Positions 7,957 through 16,619 of a stretch of 47,623 nucleotides of DNA are shown in pieces. The notes under the pieces are model-generated. The model searched no databases, was not told where the DNA came from, and saw only the letters and a list, made by a program, of their open reading frames with translations. Source of the stretch: Alphaproteobacteria bacterium. Lineage in GTDB: Bacteria; Pseudomonadota; Alphaproteobacteria; Rhodobacterales; Rhodobacteraceae. Both the position numbers and the translations under genes were made by a program. Within the stretch, counting starts at the first letter, position 1, and each line of letters starts with the position of its first letter. Location of the stretch: the NCBI GenBank assembly GCA_030425945.1, contig JAUHZL010000001.1, positions 1 through 47,623 on the forward strand, given 5' to 3'.

Positions 7957-9281
7957 CAGGCGGCGTCCTCCCGCGCGGGCGTCATCAGGCTCGCTAGTGC
8001 GCCGAGCCCGTCATGGCGCAAGTCGATGTCGAGGCCGTCCTCTCCGACCGTCACGCGTGCCACGAGGAGCTGGATGACGCGGGCCTGCTCGGCCGGGATC
8101 AGTGCCTTCCAGAGATCGTCGAACTGCGCGAGCGCCGCGGTCACGGTGCCCTCGTCAAGGTCGGGCCGCTCCTTCTTCAGCGCGCGGGCGGTGCGCGCGA
8201 TGATCTCCGGCGTGCACAGCAGCCGCCGGATCTCGCCGATGACCGCTTCCTCCACCATGGCCGCGGGGAGCCGCTGGGGCCCGCGCAGCTCGGCCGTCGG
8301 CCGTTTCTGAATCACGTCCATCGAGACGTAGTAGCAGTACCGCCTGTTGCCCTTCTTCGTATGGTGCGGGGTCATTGCGGCGCCGGTCTCGGTGAATATC
8401 AATCCGCGCAGCAGCGCCGGCTCGGTGCTCCGGGTGCGCCCGGCGCGCTGGTTGCGGTTGCCGGACAGCACGGCATGGGCGGCGTCCCACAGATCGGCAT
8501 CGACGATTGGCTCGTGCATGCCGGGGTAGGTCTCGTCCCTGTGGGTGATCTCACCGCGGTAGATTCGGTTGTGCAGCAGCTTGTAGAGCGCGCCGCGGTC
8601 GATGGGCCGGCCCCGCTTGGAGCGGATTCCGCGGGCGTTCAGCTCCCGGATCACGGCGGCGGTGGAATCGGACTGCGCGAAGAGCTCGAACATGGTCCGG
8701 ACCTGCGCCGCCTCGGCCTCGTTCACGATCAGCTTGCGGTCGACCACGTCGTAGCCGAGCGGCACGTAGCCGCCCATCCACATGCCCTTCTTCTTCGAGG
8801 CGGCGACCTTGTCGCGGATCCGTTCGCCGATGACCTCGCGCTCGAACTGGGCGAAGCTGAGAAGGATGTTCAGCGTCAGCCGCCCCATCGATGTGGTGGT
8901 GTTGAAGGACTGCGTGACGGACACGAAGGTGACGCCGTGGCGGTCGAAGATCTCGACCAGCTTGGAGAAATCCATCAGCGCGCGGCTGAGGCGGTCGATC
9001 TTGTAGACCACGACCACGTCGATCAGCCCGTCCTCGACATCGGCAATCAGCTGCTTCAGCGCGGGGCGGTCCAGCGTGCCGCCGGAGAATCCGCCGTCGT
9101 CATACCGCTCGCGCAGGCAAGCCCAGCCCTCGGCGCGCTGGCTGGCGATGTAGGCCTCGCAGGCCTCCCGCTGCGCGTCGAGGCTGTTGAACTCCATGTC
9201 GAGCCCTTCCTCGCTCGACTTGCGGGTGTAGATGGCGCAGCGCAGGCGGCGCGCCGGTTCGGGCTGGGCTTTTCTGGTCAT
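7956..9281 (-). CDS. Large serine recombinase (integrase)
   Basis: CAIYTRKS catalytic Ser, DDGGFSG, RPAL, KIDRLSR, FAQFERE.I.ER, PLGY, recombinase domain (NRIYRG, HEPIVD). Start ATG 9281. Confidence 0.93.
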   Translation of the reverse strand: MTRKAQPEPARRLRCAIYTRKSSEEGLDMEFNSLDAQREACEAYIASQRAEGWACLRERYDDGGFSGGTLDRPALKQLIADVEDGLIDVVVVYKIDRLSRALMDFSKLVEIFDRHGVTFVSVTQSFNTTTSMGRLTLNILLSFAQFEREVIGERIRDKVAASKKKGMWMGGYVPLGYDVVDRKLIVNEAEAAQVRTMFELFAQSDSTAAVIRELNARGIRSKRGRPIDRGALYKLLHNRIYRGEITHRDETYPGMHEPIVDADLWDAAHAVLSGNRNQRAGRTRSTEPALLRGLIFTETGAAMTPHHTKKGNRRYCYYVSMDVIQKRPTAELRGPQRLPAAMVEEAVIGEIRRLLCTPEIIARTARALKKERPDLDEGTVTAALAQFDDLWKALIPAEQARVIQLLVARVTVGEDGLDIDLRHDGLGALASLMTPAREDAA

Positions 9282-9775
9282 CGCGCGCCTCCGGTCTGGT
9301 CGAGTCCGAAGAACCGCCAGCCGTTCCAGTGCGCGCCCGTGATCGCGCGGACGGCGGCCGAGAGCGACTTGAAGCGCCGGCCCTGCCATTCGAAGCCATC
9401 CGTCAGAACGGTGACCATGTGCTCCTCGCCGCCCCACTCGCGGACCAGCTTCGTGCCCGGCGCCGGCTTGCGCGGGTCCGCCACCATGCCGCCTAGCTTG
9501 CCGTTCATGACCTCGTCGGCGAGAGCATCGAGCGTGCGCAGCGTCTCACGGCGCAGCCCGCCATGGGCGAGTTCCTGAATGCGGTAGCCGAGCCGAAGCT
9601 CGAGGTTGCCGCGGCTGGCGTTCGGCGCACGCTCCCCGAAGATGGCCTGCCACTTCTCCTGCAGTTCGGGCACCGTCATCGCCTTCAGCGCCGCCAGTTC
9701 GGCGAGGACGTCGATCCCCGCCGCCGGAAGCGCGGGCGAGGCCTTCGCGCCTGATTTCCTTAGGTTTTTCCTCAT
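9278..9775 (-). CDS. DUF2924 domain protein
   Basis: L.YRIQE.A.GGL, PGTKLVREWGG, F.WQG..FKSLSA..RAITG.HWNG.RFFGL. ATGA overlap with the recombinase. Confidence 0.85.
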   Translation of the reverse strand: MRKNLRKSGAKASPALPAAGIDVLAELAALKAMTVPELQEKWQAIFGERAPNASRGNLELRLGYRIQELAHGGLRRETLRTLDALADEVMNGKLGGMVADPRKPAPGTKLVREWGGEEHMVTVLTDGFEWQGRRFKSLSAAVRAITGAHWNGWRFFGLDQTGGAR

Positions 9776-9990
9776 GTGTCGTCTCCAACTCGGTTGCGAA
9801 CCTGTCTCCGACGACGGCGTCTGAGGGTGAGAATGTCCAGCGAACTGTCTCCGTCGAGCGGAGAATTCTCGTTCATTTCCGGTGGGTTGGTGCGCGCGAT
9901 GGCGCCAGCAAGGATGGCTGTCAGTTCTGCCAGCCGCTCATCGGTGGTGAGCGTCTCGGCAGACGGCGCGAAGGCGATGTCGTCTTGCAT
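9772..9990 (-). CDS. Small hypothetical protein, first gene of the recombinase operon
   Basis: 72 aa, ERLAELTAILA helix. GGAGG upstream and ATGA overlap with the DUF2924 gene. Confidence 0.6.
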   Translation of the reverse strand: MQDDIAFAPSAETLTTDERLAELTAILAGAIARTNPPEMNENSPLDGDSSLDILTLRRRRRRQVRNRVGDDT

Positions 9991-10350
9991 GGGGAGCGAA
10001 CCTCCTGAGGCGGTTTGCTCCGTGTTCGCCGGTCGAGGCGAGGTAATTCAAGAAAAAACAAAAGGTTGTCGTAGTTGGGCGTAATCTGTAGAAGTCGAGA
10101 GTGCACGTTGCCGTGGGCAATGCCGCTGTCGACAGCATCTTGCCGCGACCGCCGTACCTAGGTTTACGTCGTGATTGCCCCAGACGCGGCCATCTTCATG
10201 GCTTGGCGTCTCACCGGGCAAAGCGCTCAGCCTACACTGTTTGGGAACCCATCGCCGGATATCATTGGTGACGGCGCCAGCCATACCATATATGGTGGTG
10301 TATGCTGGAGCACTGTGCCAAGGTGCCGCCAGTTTGACGACCGAGGAAAA

Positions 10351-11139
10351 ATGAAAGTCCGCTTCGAAAACTCACCGATCAACGAACTAGTAATTGCGAC
10401 TTACTTCAATCCGCCGCTCTTCGCGCTTCGGAGTGAGCACGTTGGGCTTTTTTGGTCTCGGGTCCGCGATGAGTTCCCAAGCGTAGAGCAACAAGCACCG
10501 GTTGGAGGCGCAGAGGCTTTTGAGCAACTGGGTGGTGAATTTTTCCCGATGCCTCGGTTCTGGTTTGTTGCTGATGACAAGGTCAACTTGATTCAGCTCC
10601 AAAAGAATGCCTTCATGCTAAACTGGCGCCGGAGAGACGCGGATTATCCGCACTTCGATGAAAACCTTAAACCTGCTTTCGACAGATATTTCGCACTGTT
10701 TGAAGATTTTGCGCGCAAAGATGTCGGTGTAGATCAAATCAATATCGACCTATGTGAGTTAACCTATATTAATACAATCGAGTCTTGTGAGTATTGGCAG
10801 GGGCCGCAGGATACGGCCAGGGTCATCCCGTCTTTTGCGATCCCAGATGTGGGGATAGAAGGCATTGCTACCCCAGCATTCAATTGCACGTATGTTCATG
10901 CCCGGTCCGAAGATCTTCAACTGCGGGTCAGCATTCGCAATGGTGAGGCTACGGCTAAACCGAAGACGCCAGTTCTTATTCTAGAAATTAAGGCGATGGG
11001 AAGGCTTGGGCATGCCGGGAAGTCAGATGCCGATGCTTGGTTCGTGAGAGCACACGATGCCATTATTGACTGCTTCGTCCATATGACAAGCAAGGAAATA
11101 CAAGACAGATACTGGAAACCACTCGGGGAGGTCTCATGA
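10351..11139 (+). CDS. TIGR04255-like protein
   Basis: MKVRFENSPINELVIATYF N-terminus, RFWF, LIQLQ...NW..Y..F, L.YIN.I, ILEI, terminal AHD.I...F. GAGG upstream of ATG 10351. Low GC. Confidence 0.7.
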   Translation: MKVRFENSPINELVIATYFNPPLFALRSEHVGLFWSRVRDEFPSVEQQAPVGGAEAFEQLGGEFFPMPRFWFVADDKVNLIQLQKNAFMLNWRRRDADYPHFDENLKPAFDRYFALFEDFARKDVGVDQINIDLCELTYINTIESCEYWQGPQDTARVIPSFAIPDVGIEGIATPAFNCTYVHARSEDLQLRVSIRNGEATAKPKTPVLILEIKAMGRLGHAGKSDADAWFVRAHDAIIDCFVHMTSKEIQDRYWKPLGEVS

Positions 11140-11747
11140 TTGCTGCAGTGGATTTGGAGAGCATTACGCTCGATCCGGGGTATCAACCGCCTGCGATAAT
11201 GTCTGAAATGGACAGTGCTTCGGCCTTCGACATCGACGTGCCGGTTAGAGTGCGGCGCAGGCCTCACTACCGCACACCGATTGCGGACCACGAAAGTCAA
11301 GCGGTTACGCTGACGGACTTTCTCGTACAACTACCCGATCCGGGGGCCGCTCTGGCCCGTGAGTTGGGTGAGAAGGCCAAGCGGGCGCATGCGGACCTCC
11401 AAGCATATCAAACAAGGATTGAGGCGTTGCGAGCGGAAGCTGCTCAAGATGGTTATGATATAAGTAGCGCCTCTGAGCGCGATTTCTGGCGCTTTATTCG
11501 CTTCGAGCCTTTTATTCGCAAGGGCAACCTAGTGTTGTTGGATAATGGCAATCTGCGTGCGGTTTGGAAGGACAAGGGCGGTACGCATGTTGGCGTTCAA
11601 TTCTTGGGTGATCAGACTGTGCAATACGTGATCTTTAAACGTCGGGGTGCCGCTGGTGCCATCTCCCGTGTTGCAGGACGCGACAGCATCGAAGGCGTTA
11701 TGCGACAAATCGCGGCGTTCGACCTTCGGTCTCTGATTTATGCATGA
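11136..11747 (+). CDS. Hypothetical protein (candidate antitoxin)
   Basis: 203-aa ORF with ATGA overlaps on both sides and GGAGG RBS. Low GC. Confidence 0.75.
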   Translation: MIAAVDLESITLDPGYQPPAIMSEMDSASAFDIDVPVRVRRRPHYRTPIADHESQAVTLTDFLVQLPDPGAALARELGEKAKRAHADLQAYQTRIEALRAEAAQDGYDISSASERDFWRFIRFEPFIRKGNLVLLDNGNLRAVWKDKGGTHVGVQFLGDQTVQYVIFKRRGAAGAISRVAGRDSIEGVMRQIAAFDLRSLIYA

Positions 11748-12196
11748 GGGGCGATGATCTCCCTGCGACGGATCACATTGTCCGCTACGTAAAGCCCAGC
11801 ATGATTGAAGAAGACGGCGCCCCGAACGGTTCGGAGTTCCGACTTAGACCAAACCGTCCGGACGAGACCGGACTTTCGGTCAACTGGCTGGAGGCGTTCG
11901 TTGGCGACAAATCGGACCAGATTGCCGAAGTTCGACGGCTGTATCGACTTACGGTCCGAAAGACTGGTCGTTTCGCCGAGTTAAACATTGGCAGTGTCCA
12001 AACCAGGCTGGCAGAGGAACTGGAAACTCTGCGAATAGTACATGATCCACTTGATGCAGAGGACGACTTCGATGCTGATCCTTCGCATGCGGAGATTACT
12101 GGCCTCCCACCTGGAGATTCGCCCGAGGCCGACATGATTGGCGACATAATTGCCGAATGCGTATTGGACATGCATCCAGCCACAGATGACGGTTGA
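11744..12196 (+). CDS. Hypothetical protein with ADP-ribosyltransferase-like R-S-H signature (candidate toxin)
   Basis: 150 aa. HIVR14Y, F32, GLS45V and PSH115AEI in the strand order typical of ART-fold toxins. Confidence 0.55.
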   Translation: MRGDDLPATDHIVRYVKPSMIEEDGAPNGSEFRLRPNRPDETGLSVNWLEAFVGDKSDQIAEVRRLYRLTVRKTGRFAELNIGSVQTRLAEELETLRIVHDPLDAEDDFDADPSHAEITGLPPGDSPEADMIGDIIAECVLDMHPATDDG

Positions 12197-12225
12197 TCGT
12201 CGAAAGAAGCAGGCTGTGGAAGTCC

Positions 12226-12957
12226 TCAATGCCGCGTCGCCTCTCGCATTTTTCCATCTGTCTCCAGTCGCAGCGCCGCCCGCCACAGCGGCGTCTTCAT
12301 GAACACTGCGTCTTCGGACCGATGGCTAGCGATCCCGCGCTCTTGCTGCAGCATGCCCGCCCACCAGAGCGGACGCAGCACTTGGATATATAGCTGGCCC
12401 ATCACTTCGTCGTACCGCGGGAGCGACCCAGTCTCGGGCTCTCCAAAGAGCACGCGACGGAGGTGGGTGCCGGTGGCGCCGTCCTCGGTCTCGATGTTCA
12501 GCACGTTCAGGAAAACGTCCCAGTTGCCGAGGATCGGCGCGTCGTCGAAACGCGACATGCCGGCGTGGTTTATTCGGAACAAGAAGAACGGTACGACCGT
12601 GCCGAAGATCCGACCGGGATGGCCCGCCAGCGCCTCGCCTGCCTTGGTCAGACGGAACTCGCCCTTATAGTGGCGCCCAAGCTTCATCGCGATCATCAGG
12701 TCATGCAGAACCATGAGCGGGGCGAAGTCGGGTTCGTTCAACACCTTGTTGACGGCGAAGAGGTCCGTCTCAGTGTGACCGGGCCAGTCAAACTCGGCCG
12801 CGGCCCAGTGCACGAATACGCGCTTGAAGGCCTTGGAGGGCGTCAGGGGAATCCCGCCGTTCTCGCCGATCCACGCGAAGGTCTTCTCCACCCCGCGCAC
12901 CATCGGCGAGAACGCCAGCGCCGGATCGGCATCGTCTACCTCGCGGAACGCAATCAC
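12226..12957 (-). CDS. Hypothetical protein co-transcribed with the repressor
   Basis: GTG start at 12957, 1 nt after the repressor stop. ~243 aa of protein-like sequence. Confidence 0.7.
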   Translation of the reverse strand: MIAFREVDDADPALAFSPMVRGVEKTFAWIGENGGIPLTPSKAFKRVFVHWAAAEFDWPGHTETDLFAVNKVLNEPDFAPLMVLHDLMIAMKLGRHYKGEFRLTKAGEALAGHPGRIFGTVVPFFLFRINHAGMSRFDDAPILGNWDVFLNVLNIETEDGATGTHLRRVLFGEPETGSLPRYDEVMGQLYIQVLRPLWWAGMLQQERGIASHRSEDAVFMKTPLWRAALRLETDGKMREATRH

Positions 12958-12958
12958 C

Positions 12959-13636
12959 TCAGATCTCCCTTGCGAACCAACGGATGCGGCCGACGATGTG
13001 GATCTCGTCGGCGGTTCGCTCGTAGGGGCTGTAGAAGCCGTTGTCCGAGATGACGCGCACGGCGGGTGGGTCGCTGTTCGGGATGTGCTCGAGCCGCTTG
13101 GCCACCAACCCCATGCCGTCGTCCAGCACGAATATCCCAGGCGGGTTCGGTGCGCGGCGCGCCATGTCGACAAGCACTGTGTCGCCGTCGAGCAGCGTGG
13201 GCGCCATGCTGTCGCCCTCGACATGCATGATCCGCAGCTGTGAGGGGCTGGCCTTGAGGCTGTGGCGGATCCAGGACCGGCGGAAGTGGTAGGCGCGACC
13301 GGCGGGATCCTCATGCTCCTGGACCACGGCGCCGCCGCCCATTGAGGGGCGCGGGCTGGCATGCGCGATCGAGACGAAGGCCTCGTCCGGGTTCTCGATG
13401 AAAGGCGGCGTTCCTTCCACATCTCCAATCCCATGGATCAGCCAGTCACGGTCGACCTTCAGCACGCGGGCGACCTCTGCAAGCCGGTCGATGCCGGGAC
13501 GGGATGATCGTCCCCGCAGGATGTCGTAGACGAAGGAGCGGTTCACCCCGGCCATCTCGGCGACATGGGCGGGGCTGAGGCCGAGCTGGTTGGCCCGGGC
13601 CCTGAGACGGTCGGCAAGCGTGTGATGCTCGTTCAT
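12959..13636 (-). CDS. CI/LexA-like phage repressor (HTH + S24 autopeptidase)
   Basis: N-terminal XRE HTH, VEGDSMAP catalytic Ser, VAKRL catalytic Lys, IVGRIRW C-terminus. Confidence 0.92.
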   Translation of the reverse strand: MNEHHTLADRLRARANQLGLSPAHVAEMAGVNRSFVYDILRGRSSRPGIDRLAEVARVLKVDRDWLIHGIGDVEGTPPFIENPDEAFVSIAHASPRPSMGGGAVVQEHEDPAGRAYHFRRSWIRHSLKASPSQLRIMHVEGDSMAPTLLDGDTVLVDMARRAPNPPGIFVLDDGMGLVAKRLEHIPNSDPPAVRVISDNGFYSPYERTADEIHIVGRIRWFAREI

Positions 13637-13703
13637 GTTTCCCCACCCATCTGTGGATGAAATAGGATAAAATCGGATTGATCGGCGGTCGTCAAGCGAA
13701 TAA

Positions 13704-13718
13704 GAACAGAAGGTAAAC
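13704..13718 (+). promoter_or_regulatory. Possible alphaproteobacterial SOS box
   Basis: GAAC-AGAAGGT-AAAC, one mismatch to GAAC-N7-GAAC, 26 bp upstream of the rightward gene. Confidence 0.4.
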
Positions 13719-13744
13719 ATCAGGCATGGGAATCGGAGGGGCGC

Positions 13745-14428
13745 GTGCACATCGACAAGCTGTATTTCACGCTCCCCGAGGTGCTCGAGCGCTGGCGGAT
13801 CTCCGAGACGGATCTCGTCTATCTCGCCGAGAACGACAAGCTCCGGCTGTCGGTGCGCGTCTTCGGCGAGCCGGTCGAGTTCGGCGACTACGAAGAGGGC
13901 CAGGACGGCGAGCGGTTCCGCGTACCGTGGGAACAGAAGCCGTTCAGCGGGCTGCTCGATCTGCACGCCTGCGACGTCTTCCAGCTGTTCCGCTGCGGCG
14001 AGCTCCATGTCAGCGAGTTTCGCACGCCACGCGCGGACTACGCGTCGCTCTATGGCGATGCCAAACCGGTCTTCGTGATGATCGGAGATCTGCTGCTAAG
14101 GCGCGAGGAACGCGATCGTTTCGAGCTCCAGTCCGGATTCTCCTCCGGCGGCTCGGCGATGGAGGAGAGCACCTTCATCGCCTCGGCCGATTACCAGGAG
14201 GTGCGCTGCAGCGGCTACCGCTTCCGCCTCGGTCCGATCCAGGCGCAGGTCGTCCGCGCCCTGCACGAGGCCGCGCAGCGGGGCGAGCCCTGGCAGAGCG
14301 GCAAGGCCATCCTATCCTCTGCCGGCTCGAAGAGCCTGCGCATGGCCGATGTCTTCAAATCGCAGAAGGACTGGCGGCAGCTGATCCGTTCCGACCGCCG
14401 CGGCGGTTACCGTCTGAACATCGACTGA
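13745..14428 (+). CDS. Hypothetical protein with C-terminal winged-helix-like domain (probable regulator)
   Basis: GTG start after GGAGG, divergent from the repressor. C-terminal LIRSDRRGGYRL wing as in OmpR-type wHTH domains. Confidence 0.7.
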   Translation: MHIDKLYFTLPEVLERWRISETDLVYLAENDKLRLSVRVFGEPVEFGDYEEGQDGERFRVPWEQKPFSGLLDLHACDVFQLFRCGELHVSEFRTPRADYASLYGDAKPVFVMIGDLLLRREERDRFELQSGFSSGGSAMEESTFIASADYQEVRCSGYRFRLGPIQAQVVRALHEAAQRGEPWQSGKAILSSAGSKSLRMADVFKSQKDWRQLIRSDRRGGYRLNID

Positions 14429-14639
14429 CTCGCTTCCCGTCCCCAATGCGGGGCCTCGGGTAGCTCGCGGTGTGGGATCGGCTGGGGGATGGAGGGGGAT
14501 GACGATCCCCCACCAAGCTGCCGAAGCCTGTCCTGCAAGGCCATATCCATCCCCCTCCGCATCCCCCTACGATCCTGACGACATCCCATAGCGGGATTTC
14601 GCAATCTCTCTCCGAAGCACACGCAAACGGAGAGAGCGG

Positions 14640-14852
14640 ATGCAGCAGAAGCATTGCCTGAACCAGAAGGAACTCGCCCGGCGCTGGACGATCTCGCATC
14701 GCACGCTGGAGCGCTGGCGGTGGGCGGGTGAAGGCCCGGCCTACATGAAGATCGGTGGACGGGTGGTCTACCGGCTCGAAGACATCGTCGCCTTCGAACG
14801 CGACCAGCTCCAGCACACCATGGACACGCAGCCGCGCGCGGGAGCGGCTTGA
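14640..14852 (+). CDS. AlpA/excisionase-like HTH DNA-binding protein
   Basis: LNQKELARRWTISHRTLERWRWAGEGPAYMKIGGRVVYRLEDI. Confidence 0.88.
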   Translation: MQQKHCLNQKELARRWTISHRTLERWRWAGEGPAYMKIGGRVVYRLEDIVAFERDQLQHTMDTQPRAGAA

Positions 14853-15214
14853 TGGGACGCCTGTCGCCCATCGCCGAGGCCGATGTCGTGCCGTTGCACG
14901 GCGCGGACGGGCCGACACTCGACGAGGTCGGGCTTGCCGCCTGGATCGCGCAGGCCGAGCCCGGCGAAGCGCTGGTCTATCACCGCGGCTTCCTCGCCGT
15001 CGATGCCACGTCGGTCATCTCGAAGCTGCCGGCGGATCGCCAACGTACGCTGCAACTGGTGGCAGCCGCCGCACGGCGCGCGGCCGAGCAGAACCTCGTC
15101 CATCTCGTGCAGTCCCGGCTCGGCCCCGACGCCTTCGCCTACATCGCCGTCGCTCGCCCGAAGCCCGGCCCGCCCGGTGCGGCGCTCTCGATGCGCCTGC
15201 TCGAGGCCGCCTGA
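14852..15214 (+). CDS. Hypothetical phage protein
   Basis: Coupled ORF in the early operon (W...A.PG..L.YHRGFL). Confidence 0.7.
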   Translation: MGRLSPIAEADVVPLHGADGPTLDEVGLAAWIAQAEPGEALVYHRGFLAVDATSVISKLPADRQRTLQLVAAAARRAAEQNLVHLVQSRLGPDAFAYIAVARPKPGPPGAALSMRLLEAA

Positions 15215-15241
15215 TCCCCATTCCCCATCCCGGAGACGCCA

Positions 15242-15730
15242 ATGCCCTATCCCGAAAACACACCCACGCCCGATGACCTGCCGGGCCTCAGCCCGCAGGA
15301 GATCGCCGGGCTGCCCGTCGATCTGCTGGCCATCCTCCAACGCGAGATCGACGAACGCCTGAAACGCGACAAGGTCGCGAAGAGCCGGCTCGATGCCGCG
15401 ATGACCGTCCGCTACGCCGCCCGCGCCGCCGAGGAGCGGCAGGCGCAGGCCAAGGATACCGGCACCGTCCGGTTCGACGACGGCGATTTCACCGTGGTCG
15501 CGGAACTTCCGAAGCGCGTCGAGTGGGACCAGTCCAAGCTGGCCGCCATGGTGGAGCGGATCCGCGCCGCCGGGGACGATCCGGCCGAGTATGTCGACAT
15601 CGCCTTCAAGGTGCCCGAGCGCAAATACGCGGCCTGGCCCGATGCGATCCGCCAGGGCTTCGAGCCCGCGCGGACCGTGAAGATCGGCGCGTTGAAGGTC
15701 GAGATCCGGCCGCAGGGAGGCGATGCATGA
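15242..15730 (+). CDS. Hypothetical phage protein
   Basis: GGAG RBS, high-GC3 codon usage, ATGA overlap with the next gene. Confidence 0.75.
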   Translation: MPYPENTPTPDDLPGLSPQEIAGLPVDLLAILQREIDERLKRDKVAKSRLDAAMTVRYAARAAEERQAQAKDTGTVRFDDGDFTVVAELPKRVEWDQSKLAAMVERIRAAGDDPAEYVDIAFKVPERKYAAWPDAIRQGFEPARTVKIGALKVEIRPQGGDA

Positions 15731-16605
15731 GCCTTCCGATCATCACCGCCGACGAGCGGCTGGCGGAGGTGCGCGGCGTGAAGGCCGCCATCTTCGGACC
15801 GCCGGGCATCGGCAAGACCACGCTCCTGCGCACGCTCAATTCGACCACCTCGCTGTTCTTCGACCTCGAGGCCGGGGATCTCGCCATCGAGGGGCTGGCG
15901 ATCGACACGATCCGCCCCCGCACCTGGCGGGAATGCCGCGACTTCGCGGTGTTCATCGGCGGCCCGAATCCGGCGCTGCGCAAGGACCAGCCCTACAGCG
16001 AGGACCACTACCAGGCGATCTGCAAGAAGTACGGCGATCCGAAGGTGCTGGAGAAGTACGACACGGTCTTCATCGATTCGATCACCGTGGCGGGGCGGCT
16101 CTGCTTCCAGTGGTGCAAGGGCCAGCCGGAGGCGCATTCGGACAAGACCGGCAAGCCGGACGTCCGTGGGGCCTACGGGCTGCACGGGCGCGAGATGATC
16201 GCCTGGCTCACGCATCTGCAGCACACGCGGGCGAAGAACGTGATCTTCGTCGGGATCCTCGACGAGAAGTTCGACGACTTCAATCGCAAGGTCTTCGTCC
16301 CGCAGATCGACGGATCGAAGACCGGGCTCGAGCTGCCCGGCATCGTCGACGAGGTGCTGACGCTCACCTCGCTGCCCGACGACAAGGGCGTGCAGCAGCG
16401 CGTCTTCGTCTGCCACACGCAGAACCGCTGGGGCTATCCGGCCAAGGACCGCTCCGGCCGTCTCGATCTGCTCGAGCCGCCGCATCTGGGCCAGCTCATC
16501 GAGAAGATCCGCCAGCCGCTTCCGATCGATGCACGTCCGCTCGTCACCGACGCGCCGCGCATCCCGGCGCCCGCTGCGACCCCTCAATCCGATCCCACCA
16601 ACTGA
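15727..16605 (+). CDS. AAA_24 / Sak4-like ATPase
   Basis: GPPGIGKT, FDLEAG, FIDSIT, AKDRSG. Confidence 0.85.
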   Translation: MSLPIITADERLAEVRGVKAAIFGPPGIGKTTLLRTLNSTTSLFFDLEAGDLAIEGLAIDTIRPRTWRECRDFAVFIGGPNPALRKDQPYSEDHYQAICKKYGDPKVLEKYDTVFIDSITVAGRLCFQWCKGQPEAHSDKTGKPDVRGAYGLHGREMIAWLTHLQHTRAKNVIFVGILDEKFDDFNRKVFVPQIDGSKTGLELPGIVDEVLTLTSLPDDKGVQQRVFVCHTQNRWGYPAKDRSGRLDLLEPPHLGQLIEKIRQPLPIDARPLVTDAPRIPAPAATPQSDPTN

Positions 16606-16619
16606 AAGGACCCCATGCC

